64,000 nt of DNA from the human T2T-CHM13v2.0 reference genome, Homo sapiens, in assembly GCF_009914755.1 (NCBI RefSeq), contig NC_060947.1; one strand, written 5' to 3'. Positions 26,108-51,549 of the stretch are shown one piece after another. The notes under the pieces are model-generated. The model searched no databases. It saw only the letters and a program-made list of their open reading frames with translations, and was not told the origin of the DNA. Position 1 is the first letter of the stretch, and every line of letters starts with the position of its first letter. The translations under genes were made by a program, and so were the position numbers.

Positions 26108-26466
26108 TGTCAACAAAATTTCAACAAATTGAGTCTCAGAGATCTGATTGGGTTTTATTAACGATTCATGGACCAGGTAGCATCCAGTCTACGAAACAGA
26201 AAGAGCTCTAATGACCTAGACTTAGTGGGTACATTTTGTATGCACAAAAAAGTGGAGGAAAGCAGGACCAAGGATCAAATAGTGGGTTGGTCATTTCAAG
26301 GTTACTTTCCTTATAGGGAATCTTGGCTTAAGGGAATTTAGCTATCATCTTTCTCCTGATTTCTTAGGTGGTCAGATTTTACAAGTAAATAAGTTAGGTT
26401 TTGGTTTGGTAACTTGGAACCTTAGCCTGAGTGACTCCATTTGGGCCTGCTGTTCTTTCTTTAACT
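26108..26466 (-). mobile_element. ERV1 (MER4-group) LTR fragment, apparently inside an older hAT MITE (~26055-26625)
   Basis: TGTCAACAAAA...TTTATTAACGATTCATG...GTGACTCCATTT. The outer CAGTAGCCTTCAAACTT / AAGTTTGAAAACCAC resemble hAT TIRs. Confidence 0.5.
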
Positions 26467-27914
26467 AAGGCAAATACAATGTTTAAAATAGATTTTTTTA
26501 AAAAAGAGAGAGCGCAACACTATTGTCTGATTGAAGCAGGACAGGAATGTAGGAACTCTGCTTTTGCTTCTACCTTTCTCAAAAAGCCCCTTGAGCCATA
26601 TAGGGCAAAGTTTGAAAACCACCATCCTGAAGCAGAACCTAGACTTCTTAGCATGGTATAGAAGCCTTTTATGATTTTGTCCATGCCTTTTTTCGTGTTA
26701 TTCCTGGACTTTTGCCCTGGATTTCAGATATGCTGCATTACTTGCATTCACCGAACACTCATTTTTTTTGCCTATATTTTTGCACAAACTTTTCATAGAA
26801 TGCCTTTACCCATTTTGTCTATCAGCTAAACTTCTGTTCTTGTCTCAAGTATTAATTCAGATATCACCTCTTCAATGAAGCTTTCTCTGATTTTCCAAGT
26901 CAAAGTTAATCTTTTTTTTCTGCTTTTCTAGTATCTCTTCACATTGGAAAGCAGGAAGACTTTGTTATATGTGATTCAGCACTAGTAGCTTGAACTTACA
27001 ACCTGTTATATGACTTACAATATTTGCATTTAAAATGCCTGAACCAAACTTTTGCCAACATTTAATTGTCTATTTTTTGCTTTCTCATGAAAGAAAATGT
27101 CAGATGTTTTGCTTAAAAAGCGGTCAAGCACAATGGCATATAGCCTTAACTTGGTTATGAAATTGGGCAATTAAATCTTTTCATTTTAGGTAAAGTCCTT
27201 TATATTCTGTGGTATTGTAGATGGCATTATTAAAGTACTGAAGTTTCCTTTTGTTATCTATTTTAAAGGATTGAATATGTACTATGATTATCATGTATTG
27301 TGACTCGCATAAAGAGTAGCAAATTTATGACATGATTGGTTCCCTTCAATCAAGGCACCTTGTTGAAACTCTTTTGAGGAAATTTTTCATTCAGATTTAT
27401 CTTTAATGCAGCTTCCAAATAAGTGCTTGATGAATATTTTATTTAATGAGTAAATTGTGAATTACCTTGTGGTCGAAGATATTGTCTCCTTATTCACTAC
27501 TTTATTCTCTCCTCCTTCTCCATATTCCACTTAGCTACATCTTTCTCCTCATTCCTAAAAAAAAAAAAATCTCTAAATATCTTGGTGCATAAGAAAAGAA
27601 GAAAGACCAGTGAATTTTCTTGTTTCTTGCCTGCTTTAAGAGGTGGAATTGACTGTAGATAAGAATTGTGGTTAGGCTAAATATTGCATATATGAACAGC
27701 AAGCATGCCATAATAGATGCTTAATAAATGTTTGTTGAATTTGAGTAGGGTAGATCTTAGGCTCTCAGTGCTTTAAATGATTACTGAGATTTGAGGATTT
27801 CTTCACTTTGCCATTGAATAAACTTAAGGCTTAGAGAGGTAGAAGTGGCTTTGCAGATTTCTGGTGAATAGGAATTTTTCAATAATTAGAACGATCTGAA
27901 ATTGGAGTGAGCTG

Positions 27915-28533
27915 TTTTGTTTTGTTTAGACAGGATCTTCCTCTGTCACCGGAGTGCACTAGTGATCATAGCTTACTGCAGGCTTGAACTCCTAAGCTCA
28001 AGCTATCCTTCTGTGTCAACCTCCCAAGTAGCTGGGACTACAGGCATGGACCAGCACACACGGCTAATTTTTGAAATTTTTTGTAGAGACAAAGCCTCGC
28101 TGTGTTGCCCAGGCTTGTCTTGAACTCCAGGCCTTAAACAGCCCTCCTGCCATGGCCTCCCAAAGTGCTGGGTTTAGAGGCATGAGCCGCTGTGCCTGGC
28201 TGTGAGCTGTTTTTGTAGGCACTAAGTTTCATATCACACCTGGCACGGTGGCTCATTCCTGTAATCCCAGCACTTTGGGAGGCTGAGGCGGGAGGATCAC
28301 TTGAGGTCAGGAGTTCAAGACCAGCCTGGCCAACATGGTGAAACACTGTCTGTAGTAAAAATACAAAAATTAGCTGGGCGTGATGGCGTGTGCCTGTAAT
28401 CCCAGCTACTTGGGAGGCTGAGGCAGGAGAATCTCTTGAACCCGGGAGGCGGAGGTTGCAATGAGCCTAGATCCCCCTACTGCACTCCAGCCTGGGCGAC
28501 AGAGTGAGACTCCGTCTCGGGGGAAGAAAAAAA
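27915..28533. mobile_element. Head-to-head Alu pair (minus J-like 27915-28200; plus S-like 28238-28533)
   Basis: ...GCTGTGCCTGGC, a ~37-nt spacer, then CCTGGCACGGTGGCTCA... Confidence 0.9.
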
Positions 28534-29044
28534 ATCACTTCCTAGCTAGACCAATGTGAAAAAATTATTTGTTTGAGCTCTTGTTTTGATATTAACATGA
28601 TGTAGCTAAGTGGTATTTTTCTGCTAATTGACCTTTTGAAATTCAAATACTACTTAATTCTATTATGGAACAGTAGAGGAAATGGGGATTCTGGCCAGAG
28701 AAAACAAGGAAAAAGTACCTCTTGAAGGTACTTGACAGTGAAATGATGAAACCTAAAATGTTGAGATGAATTGCAACAAAACTTTGATATTTAATAATGC
28801 ATTTGAAGGGAGGCCCTGTTCTGTTGATGAGGCAGACCATCAAGAGCAGTGTAGACGTTGCCAACTCATAATGGCAAGCTAAGAGTTCAGGATTTTCAAC
28901 TGAATTTATTAAATCTGGATATTCAAAATTTTTGTCATTTTGCCATATATTGGGGGTGTCTTAATTAAAGGGATTTTATGTAGTTCAAAATAAATGTTAC
29001 AATTGTTGTATTATACTAGTACTATGAAGATGACTATGATAAGA

Positions 29045-31065
<2,021 letters not shown>

Positions 31066-33049
31066 TGGGGAAAAAAAAAAAGCCCTCAGGTAGGCACATG
31101 AATCTTCAGCTTACAAATGGAAACGTACCAAAGCTTCAAGAGACTGCTGAGCTCATCATTAAGGTAGTATGCGGGAAAGCTATAACTCAAAAGTGCTCTT
31201 AACCATATCTTTTTAAAAAATTGTATCCTCTTTGAGGGAAAGAATCTATCTTTTCTTTTTTAAATTGTTATTATTTATTAGTCAGCTTCTCAGATCTCTT
31301 TGGAATTTAATTGAATGCTTTTATCAATTAATGGTCTTGATGAAATTGCTTGTATTTTTGACTATTATTTGTATGGCCAAAGTAATTTTACGTACCCTTC
31401 TGAAGTTAGCAGCACAAACAATTGAGGAAGTGCAAAGATTTTCGCTTGATTTTTCTTCAGTTTCTTCTATATTTTAAATAGGACACAAATATCTCTGTAA
31501 ATAAAAATAACTTCCAATACATTTGGAAAACATCCCAGACTTCCTGTCCATGCCTCGCAAAGTTGCTGCTGTCTAGTCATTATTACTATGTTTTTTCCCT
31601 TTGACATAAGTGACCCTCACAGGAATAGCTTCATCACCAGCTGTTTGGCCAGTGGTATTCCACTTACTTTGTTTTTCCTGTTTCTCTGAAATATGCTGAA
31701 AGATAATCACTCCGTGCCTTCCCTTGTTTAGAATGAATTTACTCAATTGCTCTGGAAGCTTACCTTGGTAAATGATTTGGAACCGTAATGAAAAAAGAGG
31801 GTAGGCTTTATATATTTTATATTGGTGCCTTAGGAATTGACATTTATTTATTGAGGATTTTTGTGCTCATTTTCAATTTGAAAGGGTCCTAGTGTTTAGA
31901 ATTAAATTGTGGGACTTGAAAGCTAAAAAGGAACTTGGAGATCGTCCAACTGAGGAGCCTTATTTTTTAAATGAGGAAACAAAAGTTGTCAAGATCAACC
32001 ATAAATCTGATAGTTTGGCTTGGTGAAAGAAACCTAGGTTTCAGAAAATCTCTCATGTAGTTTGCAGTTTATAGCCACAAGGACCAGGAGTCTGAAGACT
32101 TGATAAGAGGGTCTGTTTTTCAAAATATTAACAAAGTTTAGCCTGGAAGCTCCCTTTGTGAATTTTCCATGTCATTGACAGTGTTTGAAATCTCGTCATG
32201 TCTTCAGGATCAATAACCTCTACCATGTACTTTTATACTTTTTAATTAGCGGATTTTCAAACTTTTAAAAACAGTAACTCCTTTTTTTCAATATAATCTT
32301 ATATTGAACCACAGGATACAAAAAAGATACGTGATATTTAATTAAAATAGTTTTAAGCACAATTTTAATTTGTTGGATAATAAATTAATGATGACATAGC
32401 TAAAATTTATGAAATGCTGATTAGAGTACTGTACATACATATTTCACTTCTCTCTCTAGCTTAAAATATTTGAATGGGTGTACTGTAATTCATTTAACTA
32501 GGCCCTTGTTGATGTGTATTTAGACTGTTTCCATTCTTGTTTTTGCAAACAATGTTGCAGTGAATAATGTATGTATACATTATGTGGTGTGTGTGTATGT
32601 GTTTCTGGGGATAAATTCTGGAAATGTAATTGCTGTGTCATTAGAATATGTTTTTAGTTTTGAAGGATTTTATCAAATTGGTTTCCAATTTGATATATAT
32701 TCCCACCAGCAGTGTATGAGCAAGCTTAATTCTCTCATGCTCTCATCAGCATGGTATGTTATTTTTGGTTTTTGCTAATGTAAAAAATTGTATCTCAGTG
32801 TGGTTTTAATCTTCTATTTGTATTATATGTAAATTTGAGTAACTTTTTTATGTTTAAGAGCCATTTGTGTTTCTTTTTCTCTGAACTATTTGTTCATATC
32901 ACTTTGCCCATTTTAAAAATTGGGTTTCCGCCCCTCTTAATGAGCAGGAGTAGCCTTCTGTGTATTGAGTTTAACTTTGTGATATAAGTTGCAGATTCTT
33001 TTCCTCAGGTTTTCATTTCTATTTTTCCTGTAGTTTGTACCTTTTCCAT

Positions 33050-33990
33050 TTTTATGGATATCTAAACTCAACCTTAACTTGACAAATGGAACCTTGGATT
33101 TCTATCCTTCCTTTAACCTCCTTCTCTTCTAGTCTTCCTCAGTGAAGAAACAGCACCTCTCATGTGTCTCTACTCATACATAGCCCAAGCCCAAAACCAA
33201 GAAGTTATCCTTGCCTCCTCTTTCCCTCCCTCCCTGTCTCTAATCCATCCTCAGTGGTATTGACTTCCTCTCCAACATGTCCCAAATCTATTCATTTCTC
33301 TTAATATCCACCAATTTAGTCCATCCTCCCCTTATCTTTCACCTGGGTGGCTGCCATGGCTTCCTAGCTGTTCTACCCCAAAACTGATGTCTCCCGTTCC
33401 AGGTACTGAGCCATTCTCTACTCTGTAGCTTATGTGATCTTTTCAAACTGCAAATAATCAGATTGTCATACCACTCCCTGAATCCACCCCTCCTATTCTT
33501 GTTCAAAACCCTCCTGTAAGTCCTTATGTCCCATGGCAAAGATTATGCTTCTTGAAATAGCCCAACCTGCTGTTTCTCCAGCCTCACCTTGTACTATGTT
33601 ATTGACCCCCACCCCTCCCCACCTCACCTGTGGGTCTCTTGTGTCACCCTGTTCCCTCCTGACTTGGGGCTTTAGCATAAATTATTTTCTCCTGGAGCAT
33701 CCCCCTTCTTCCATGAGTTTATGTTGAATTATTCTACAGGCCTCAGCTCACTAATTGCTTTCTCTAAGAGAGCCAACAACTCTTCCTAATAGGTGGGAAA
33801 CCCCTGTCATAAGCCCTTCCAGCAACTTATATCTCTTTCATAGCACTAATATTTACTGTTTTATACTTACTGTGTGAGTCTTTGATTAAGCTCTATGAGA
33901 TAGGGATCTTGTCTGTTTTCTTTACTGTTATGTCCCAGAATCTATCATAGTACCCGGTACATGGTTAGCTCTCAAAACATTGAATGATTG
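33050..33990. mobile_element. L2 LINE fragment
   Basis: Pyrimidine-rich L2-like sequence (ATCTAAACTCAAC, AAGCCCAAAACCAAGAAGTTATCCTTG, AAGCTCTATGAGATAGGGATCTTGTCTGTTTT, TGAATGA end). Confidence 0.65.
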
Positions 33991-34529
33991 CTTAACTATA
34001 AACCCTTAGGTGTAGAGTTTACAGAATGTACTGTTTTGCCCTTTCTGGAAAATGGGACATTTGCTCTTGGCCAGTCTTTGTTCTCCTCTTCTTTTCCCTG
34101 TGATTTTCCCAAGACTACTAAATTTCAGCAATTCCATTTTGAAAGTCTTAAAGCATTTCAAACATGAAATTTATCCAGGTCAATGGTCTTGAATTCATTT
34201 AAAGCCTGTAGGTGTTCTTCAAGTCTTGGACTTCAGTTCCTTCCATTCCTTTTTCATGTGAAGTTTATTTTTCTTGGAGTTGAGGACAATAACTCAGACC
34301 ACATTTTCTGACCCACATCAATCCAGCAAAATCTAGGTGGTCCCCAACTTCTGTAAGTTTATTTTAAATTCAGTTACTTAGAATTTGCAGTTCAGAAAAT
34401 ATTACCCCAAAGAAACCGTGTTAAAATTGATCTTTATATTTTCATGAAGATGTCTTCAAAATCCTTTTAACCAATAGGGTATCTGAAATAGTACAGTTTT
34501 AGTATGAACTCTGAGTTTCTCTGATCCTA

Positions 34530-35161
<632 letters not shown>

Positions 35162-36199
35162 TTAGCTCTGTTTTTCAATCTGAATCCAAAGACCCTCATA
35201 TTAGGAAGGGCTGGGAGTTTAGGAGGATTGGCAGTGCTGGGAGAAGTATCAAGTAGCTGGTAGAAGATACATTGGGTTGATACTGGATTTCCTCCCTTGT
35301 GGAAGGATTCTGAAGGTCAAGGGTAGGGAGGCACATAACATATTTGGTAGTTTGAAATTTTTATGCTAGTAAATTGTGTATAACTCATGATAATCAAATA
35401 TCTGTTTGATTTAATAAGGGGGGACTGAATTATAAAGGATGGATTGATAAATCAAGTTACTCTCCACTTTTGGGAGAATAAAGCAAAATGAAGATCCTAT
35501 TAATTATGGGTCAGATGGTCCCATCTAGAAAGAAAACTAAGTAGGAGTGCTTCATCTCCTTGCTTGTATTCAGCATGGAGAAGTCTTTACAAAAGGGTAA
35601 TTAATTAGGGTGTTTTTCACAAGGCCGTGCCTTCCATAGAAATGGTTTTCTTCTGTATGTGGATCTTGAGTTTTAAGATGCTTTCCAACCATTTGAACTC
35701 TCTTATTATAACAGAAGTTTAGTCATGTACCAAATGTATTCCTATGCAATTTTCAGTGACAAAATGGTTCTCTCATTTGGATGTGTAAAAACAATGCCAG
35801 GAACAAAAACAAAACTCATGATTCAACTGATTTTGTACTCTCTTTGGGAAGAAGAAAAGACCCGTTGAGATGAAGATTATAATTTCAGTAACAAAGAAAA
35901 CATTCAAGGCCCAGGCAGCTCTTAAATTCAATACTAATAATCTATGAAATAAATTATAAGCCTACGTTTCTGTCAGTTCTTTAGATACCTGCTTGTTTGC
36001 TAATACAGAAACATTGCTTAATTTTACATGTATTTTCTTAGTGTGAGTCAAATCCAACCTAAAATGCATTTGGTTATTTGTTTACACAGTTAGTGACTGG
36101 TAATCAAAAACGCAAACAATTTTTGAGGGAGTTAGAATCTTCACTTTAGTAGGTACCTTAGAGGGCATCTAGTTTAGTACAGGATTCCTTTCTACCAGG

Positions 36200-36660
36200 G
36201 ACAAACTGTTTACAGAGGCCCCTTCCTGCCTCTTGCGAGGTTCCTCCTTGTCTGTTCTGCTTCAGATATACAGGCCTTCTGTGTTCCTTGAATTTATCAA
36301 ACTCTCTAAGACTCTTTGTACTGCCTTGAACACTCTTCTCATAGCCCTGGTGGCTTGGAATTTTTACATGGGACAGATTTCTCTGAAATACTGCCTTCTC
36401 AGACAACCTTCCCCAGATCTCCTACCTAAAGGACCTCTCCCCTTCCCAACTGCCATAACTCTATCATAAGACTCTGTTTTATTTCCTTATAATACTTGTC
36501 ACTGTCTGAAATTATCATATTTATTGTCTATCTCCTTTAGCTCCATGAGAGCAGGAGCATGGTCCATGTTGTTCACCGCTATATCCTGAAGTATCTACAA
36601 TAGTGGCTGTCCCATTGTAGGCATCTGACAAGTATGACAAAAATGAGAATGAATGAATAA
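36200..36660. mobile_element. L2 3'-end fragment
   Basis: AGCTCCATGAGAGCAGG...TGTTCACCGCTATATCC...GAATGAATGAAT. Confidence 0.7.
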
Positions 36661-36686
36661 CCATTGATGATTGATCATTTTGTTAA

Positions 36687-37787
<1,101 letters not shown>

Positions 37788-38362
37788 TGTTCCAATCACT
37801 ACTGAGCTGAAATTTGTCTCCTTTTTGCTTCTACTACTGAACTTAGTTCTGTCCCCTGGAATAAATCACTGGCTCGATTCCATTTTTTCCAAAGTCTTCA
37901 GACATTTGGATGTCAGTCATCTCTCACTGAGGCCAAACTCACCTGGTTTCCTTACCAGTTCCTCATCTGGCATGGTTTTAGGTGAGTGGTCACTATCCAG
38001 GTTATCAGTTGTTGGCAATTTTTGGTTTTGTTGTTGTGATACCCAGCACTAAACATAGTGCATTATGTGGTGTCTTGAACTTCCGAGAGAGAGAACAGTT
38101 AAACTTTCTTGTTTAATGTGATACTGCAATGCTTTGTCTTTGATAAAAATTATTTTTTAATACCATATAAATGACGAAGGAACTATTTATATATGAAATC
38201 ATTATCAGAAATATTCTGAGGTCTTAAAAGCTTGTTTTATAATGGAATATAACAACGTAGAAATACATTAAACATAAGTATATACTCTAATGAACAATTA
38301 TAAGTGAATGTCTATTTAACCATCACTCAAGACATAGAAATAGTGCCCCAGGAACCCCTCCT

Positions 38363-38439
38363 GTGTTGTGTTGTGTTGTGTTGTCTTGTCTAGCCTTTCC
38401 CTTTCCCTTTCTCTTTCCCTTTCTTCCTTCCTTTCTTTC

Positions 38440-38450
<11 letters not shown>
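38363..38450. repeat. (TGTTG)n followed by a CT-rich tract (Alu tail-derived)
   Basis: Directly visible. Confidence 0.85.
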
Positions 38451-45008
<6,558 letters not shown>

Positions 45009-45252
45009 ACATGTTCTTAAGTTTTAAAGGGACTATGTCTACTGCTTCACATTTAAGAATGATGTTTGTTGTAGGTTTTTGTCAGATGCCCTTATCAGGA
45101 TATGCACATTTTAAAATCACCTAATTATGTATATATTGCTTTTTAGAAAATTTGCACCAATTTACATTTCTACCATCAGTGTATGGAAGGGCACTCCTTG
45201 ACAATACTTACCCACATCACATGGGGTATTCTTGTTAAAAGTTTCAGATTTT

Positions 45253-45591
<339 letters not shown>

Positions 45592-45669
45592 TTAGATTTG
45601 TTTCTTCCTTTTAAAACAATATTTTGTGTTGTTACCACTGTTATTCTTAGAGATGGGATAAGCTTTTTG

Positions 45670-47455
45670 AAACAAAGCTTATTTTGAAAATATTTCAGAT
45701 TTAGAGAAAAACTGCAAAAATAGTGCAAAGAATTTCCTACTTCCTATACCCTTGACCTAGATTTTCCAAGTGTGTTAATATTTTATCATATTTGCTTTAT
45801 CATTCTTTCTGTCTTTTTTCTCTTCCCTCATACACACATATAATTTTTCTCAGTGGTTTAAGTTGTAAACATGATGCCCCTTTAAAAACTTTAGTGCTGT
45901 TTCTTAAAAATGAGAGCATTGTTTTATATAACCGAAGTACTAATATGAAAATTAGAAAACTACTGACAACAGTACTATAATCTGTGAACATTTGAATTGT
46001 ATCAATTGTTCTTCATAGCGAAAAAAGAACAAAAGCTTTTTCTTGTCCAGGATGTAATCCAGGATCATGCAATGTATTTCATTGTCATATCTCTTAATCT
46101 TCTTTAATCTGGAATAGTCGCTTCTTGTTACTCAGTTGTTTCTTGTCTTTCATGACCTTGACATTTTAAAAGAATATGGGCCAATTATTTAGTAAAATGT
46201 CCCTCAGCTTGGGCTTGTCTCTTGCTTCTTGTGATTAGATTCAGGTTTTGCATTTCTGGCAGGAATGCCACAGAAGTGGTGATGTGATACATCCTATCAG
46301 GGGGCATATAATGTTGGTTTGTCCCCTTATTGATGACGTTAACTTGATCATTTAATTAAGGTGGTGTCTGGCAGGATTCTTCAGTGTAAAATTACTATTT
46401 TTCTTCTTGTAATTAATAGGTATCTTGTGGATACTTTGAGATTAGATAATATCCTGTTTTCCATCAAATTTTCAACCACTAGTTTTAGCATGTATTGATC
46501 ATACTTGCTTGAAATAATTATTACCAGAGTGATTGCCAAATGGCGATCTTCTAATTTTATCACTACATTTATTATTTGGAATTATACTTCGCAAAAGAGC
46601 TTTCTCTTCTCCCCCATTTATTTATTTATGTCAGTAAGGACTTTTAAAAAAATTATATGGGTTATAATCTGTTACTGTGCTTATTTACTTTGTTGCTCAA
46701 ATATTCCCGATTAGGCCAGTGGGAGTCACATCAGTCTGACTCCTGTGTCCTTTTGAGGTACCCCTATCATTCTTTGAGCATTTCCTTACTTTCTGGCACC
46801 ACAAAAATATGCCCTAGGCTCCTATGGTCCTTCTCCTGCCCCACCCTTGGAATCAGCCATTTCTTCAAGGAACCCTAGTTCCTTTTATCAGAGCACCAGC
46901 TGTGTTCATAGCTATAGGGGTATCATTGCTTCTAGGCCTTCTCAGCAGACAGAGCTAGGAAATATATGTATGTGAGTGCACATTTACACAAACACCTTTA
47001 TATCTGTCTATACTCCTATATATTAAAAACTGAGCTTATATTGTTAACTCCAACTCCAAGCCTTCTCCCTTTTTATATTTGTTACTCCCTTTTATGAGAA
47101 TAAGAAACCAAGGTCAGTATATTCACAGAATATTTACCTATTTGCCCAATCTTAGAACACACACAAACAAGTTTCATGTCATTGTATAAAAGCAGGTAGC
47201 TAAGTAGAATATAGTATTTGTTTATAATTCTTTTTATTTTTAGCTTTAGGAGAGTAGATAGTGAAAATGCTGTTTTTAAAAGTTAGCTGTGGTTAATTCA
47301 TTTGTCCTTGTCCCCAAAAGTGTGGTTATATTATTCATTTCAAATACAGAGAGGTTCATTTGTTTGTATTCATTCCATTTTGGGTTCTTCGCTCCTATTA
47401 CTGTTGGTTTCTTCTTCATTTTAAGTGTATAAAACATTAAAATGGATTGAAAAAT
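45670..47455 (-). mobile_element. L1MC-like 3' region ending ~80 nt upstream of the exon 2 acceptor
   Basis: Motifs GTCCAGGATGTAATCCAGGATCATGC, CTTTCATGACCTTGACATTTT, TGGCAGGAATGCCACAGAAGTG and AATCAGCCATTTCTTCAAGGAACCCT. Confidence 0.75.
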
Positions 47456-47537
47456 AACTCTACAAAAAGGTAAGATTGGTTACTAGAGTACTGCAAATAT
47501 AAAACTTACAGCTTTTAATTGTGTTTGTTTTTTTCAG

Positions 47538-47801
<264 letters not shown>

Positions 47802-48148
47802 TGAACAGTTAGTTATTCCTACCACCAAAAAGTTACTAATTAGATCCTGTTAATTTAACCTATATCAATTCACATGTGTGTCTAAGAGTAAAATATTAAA
47901 AATAAAATTACTCTTAAACAATTTGGGTCTCACTCTCCAATAAAAAATTAATAACTTTTTAAAACCCTTTAAAGTTTAATAAATCAAAGATTTTTTTCCC
48001 TTTTCTTTTAAAAAGAGCCCCAGTGTTACAACAGTCTTTGCCTTCATTCTTTTTTTTTTTTTTTTTTTAGCAATCATGAGTTCCTTAGTCTGCATTTTTT
48101 TTCTTGGTTCCATTTTATTTTTATATCAGCTAGGCTTATTTTGAATAA

Positions 48149-48372
<224 letters not shown>

Positions 48373-49418
48373 GTGAAATTTTACTTAATACCTGGTAAAT
48401 AAACAAATAAGTAAATTCTGTTTCTTTGAAAATGGGAGACTATGTTTTGTAAATTCTGAGGCATACAATTTTATCTCTGAAATCAGGGTGTATCTTATAA
48501 TCAGTATCATGTCACAGTTTAATTGGCAGCATTCTCCCTTTCCTAATAGTACATAAAATAATGCTCATGACCAATGATATACCATTGATTTGATGAAATA
48601 TGATGTCATTTTGTATAAACTGACTCCTAAAAAAAAATCATTTCTTCTGATTTTTCCTGCTTAGTGATTTTTGCTCTAGACTTAAAGATAACTTTGGAAA
48701 TTTTGATAAATGATTCTGTTAACAGAAGATAAGTGATTATAATTATGGTTTCTTAGCATTTATATCTTTAAAGCATATGTTACAAAAATTTCATATTTCA
48801 GAATTTTCAAATAAACTCTGAATTCCTAAAGGACTAAAAAAGTTCACCTATGTGAACAGCAAAGCTGTTATTAAGTTTTAAAGTTGGCAAATCCTTTCAA
48901 ATACATAGAAACAATTAAAATAAAGAGTTTAATCATTGGATGCTTGTTTCAAGGTCTGAAATTCAAACCATACAAAACAAATAGGTCTTTGTTCCTTCAC
49001 TAGTCAACTCCTCTTCCATTTCTTCATCGATGTTATGTAAAAATTTCATTTTCAGTGTCTTGCTTACCATCTGTTCTGGAATAGCCTATTTTATTTTTCA
49101 AAAGTATTAGAATTAGAGACCAATGCAATAAAGCTGCTGACTGGAGAAGGCTAGCACATACGGTGTAACAAGGTTAGAATGCTCCAGATTCTGGGCCTAA
49201 GTTTTTCTGGATCATAACTAGTTTTTCTCATTATAGCCATAGGTGATCATCTTCTTTGGGATTGGCTCAAAATTACCAGACTGTTATATATATATATATA
49301 TATCAGAATATGTTACTTTGTTATCAGAACTACCATTGCTGTATGTTTCTTTCTTTGGAAAGCACCTCACATGTATTTTTGGCTAGGATATACATATAAA
49401 GTATATAACAATCTGTCA

Positions 49419-49691
49419 CCAGGAACGGTGACTCATGCCTATAATCCCAGCACTTTGGGAGGCTGAGGTGGTGGATCACAAGGTCAAGAGATCCAGACCA
49501 TCTTGGCCAACATGGTGAAACCCTGTCTCTACTAAAAATACAAAAATTAGCTGGGTGTGGTGGCGGGCGCCTGTAGTCCCAGCTACTCAGGAGGCTGAGG
49601 CAGGAGAATCGCTTGAACCTAGGAGGTGGAGGTTGCAGTGAGTGAGCTTGTGCCACTGCACTCCAGCCTGATGAGAGAGCGAGACTGTCTC

Positions 49692-49734
<43 letters not shown>

Positions 49735-49794
49735 TGCAGTGAGTGAGCTTGTGCCACTGCACTCCAGCCTGATGAGAGAGCGAGACTGTCTCAA

Positions 49795-49855
<61 letters not shown>
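49419..49855 (+). mobile_element. AluS (Sc-like) with a duplicated 3' end and two (CA)n tracts
   Basis: The Alu end AGGTTGCAGTG...TCTCAAAA starts at both 49630 and 49731, each followed by (CA)n. Confidence 0.92.
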
Positions 49856-49857
<2 letters not shown>

Positions 49858-50423
49858 CTGTCAAGCAAACTCTGCATTCTTGTAGTTTAGACAGTGTATT
49901 TTTTACCCCATAGAATAACTGGCATAGGCAGTTAGAATTGGACAATTGCCTGGCAATTGTGGAGTTAAGTTAGATGGTTATAATGGCTGGTTCTATGCTA
50001 ACTGTGATAATAGGATTCATCCATCTCTACCAAAGTGAGGGAGACTTGTTCAGGTCCCATAGACTGTGTTGGAGACACATTTCCCAATTTTGTATCCGTG
50101 AAGCCCCCTTCTCATAGATGAATGCAGGCTTGCCAGTCTGCTAATGTTAATGTTCTTGATGTTTCTGCAAAGCTCAGCTATCATTCATTACATTTTGATT
50201 CTCTTAATTAGATTTTTCACATTATAATTTTAACCTCAGTTTCCTGAGTACTTTGCTGTCAACTCTGTCCTACTTCTAAGGAAGAAGTCTATTGCCTAGA
50301 TAATAGGATAAGTAACCCCAAAGGTAGTTACTTGTTGAAATACACCAAAGACAGTGGGAGTGCTTGTCGCCTTTGTGCATGAACTGAGTCTTTATTTATG
50401 GCAAAAGGTAGCAAATCCTACTA

Positions 50424-51063
<640 letters not shown>

Positions 51064-51428
51064 TAGCTCTTAAGTTTTAAGTTCCACAGAATCTTCTGAG
51101 TTAATTTTCCTTTATTCTCAAAGTTCTTGAGACCAAATCTTGTCTCCATAAATGTGTAACCCTACATTTAAACGTATCGCCAGTGAAATTTTCTTTAAAA
51201 AGAAACATTTAAAAATACTTGTTGGAAGAAATGACTTGTCTATACTCTTGATTTATAATAAATGTATAATAAAGTATGTTCCATTTGTATGTGGCTCATT
51301 ATTGCATTATCACTATAGAATCTTGTCACTTTAGTAGTCATTATTATAACACTGAGAAGCAATGTCAGTATAGCAGAGCTTTGTAGTTTGTATGCGTGCC
51401 CTTGATTGTTTACTTCTTTTTATTATAG

Positions 51429-51463
51429 GAGCCTATGGAGTTGTACTTAAATGCAGACACAAG
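51429..51463 (+). CDS. CDKL5: CDKL5 exon 3 (35 nt), (G)AYGVVLKCRHK
   Basis: Pyrimidine tract and TAG acceptor (AG 51427-51428). It continues the phase-1 frame from exon 2, completes GxxGxGxYG-V, and brings the total to 99 nt (33 codons). Donor is AAG|GCAAGT. Confidence 0.95.
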
Positions 51464-51549
51464 GCAAGTACATTATTTTTAAAAAGAAATATCTGTATAT
51501 GTTTAACTGTTTTGAAACTAATGTAGTGGTCTTTGCGTGTGGGCATGTA

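Noticed and set aside
28640-28900. Purine-rich, coding-like sequence that might be a pseudogene or transposase relic
   Set aside because: Stops in the frames I tried and no protein family recognised; tblastx would be needed.
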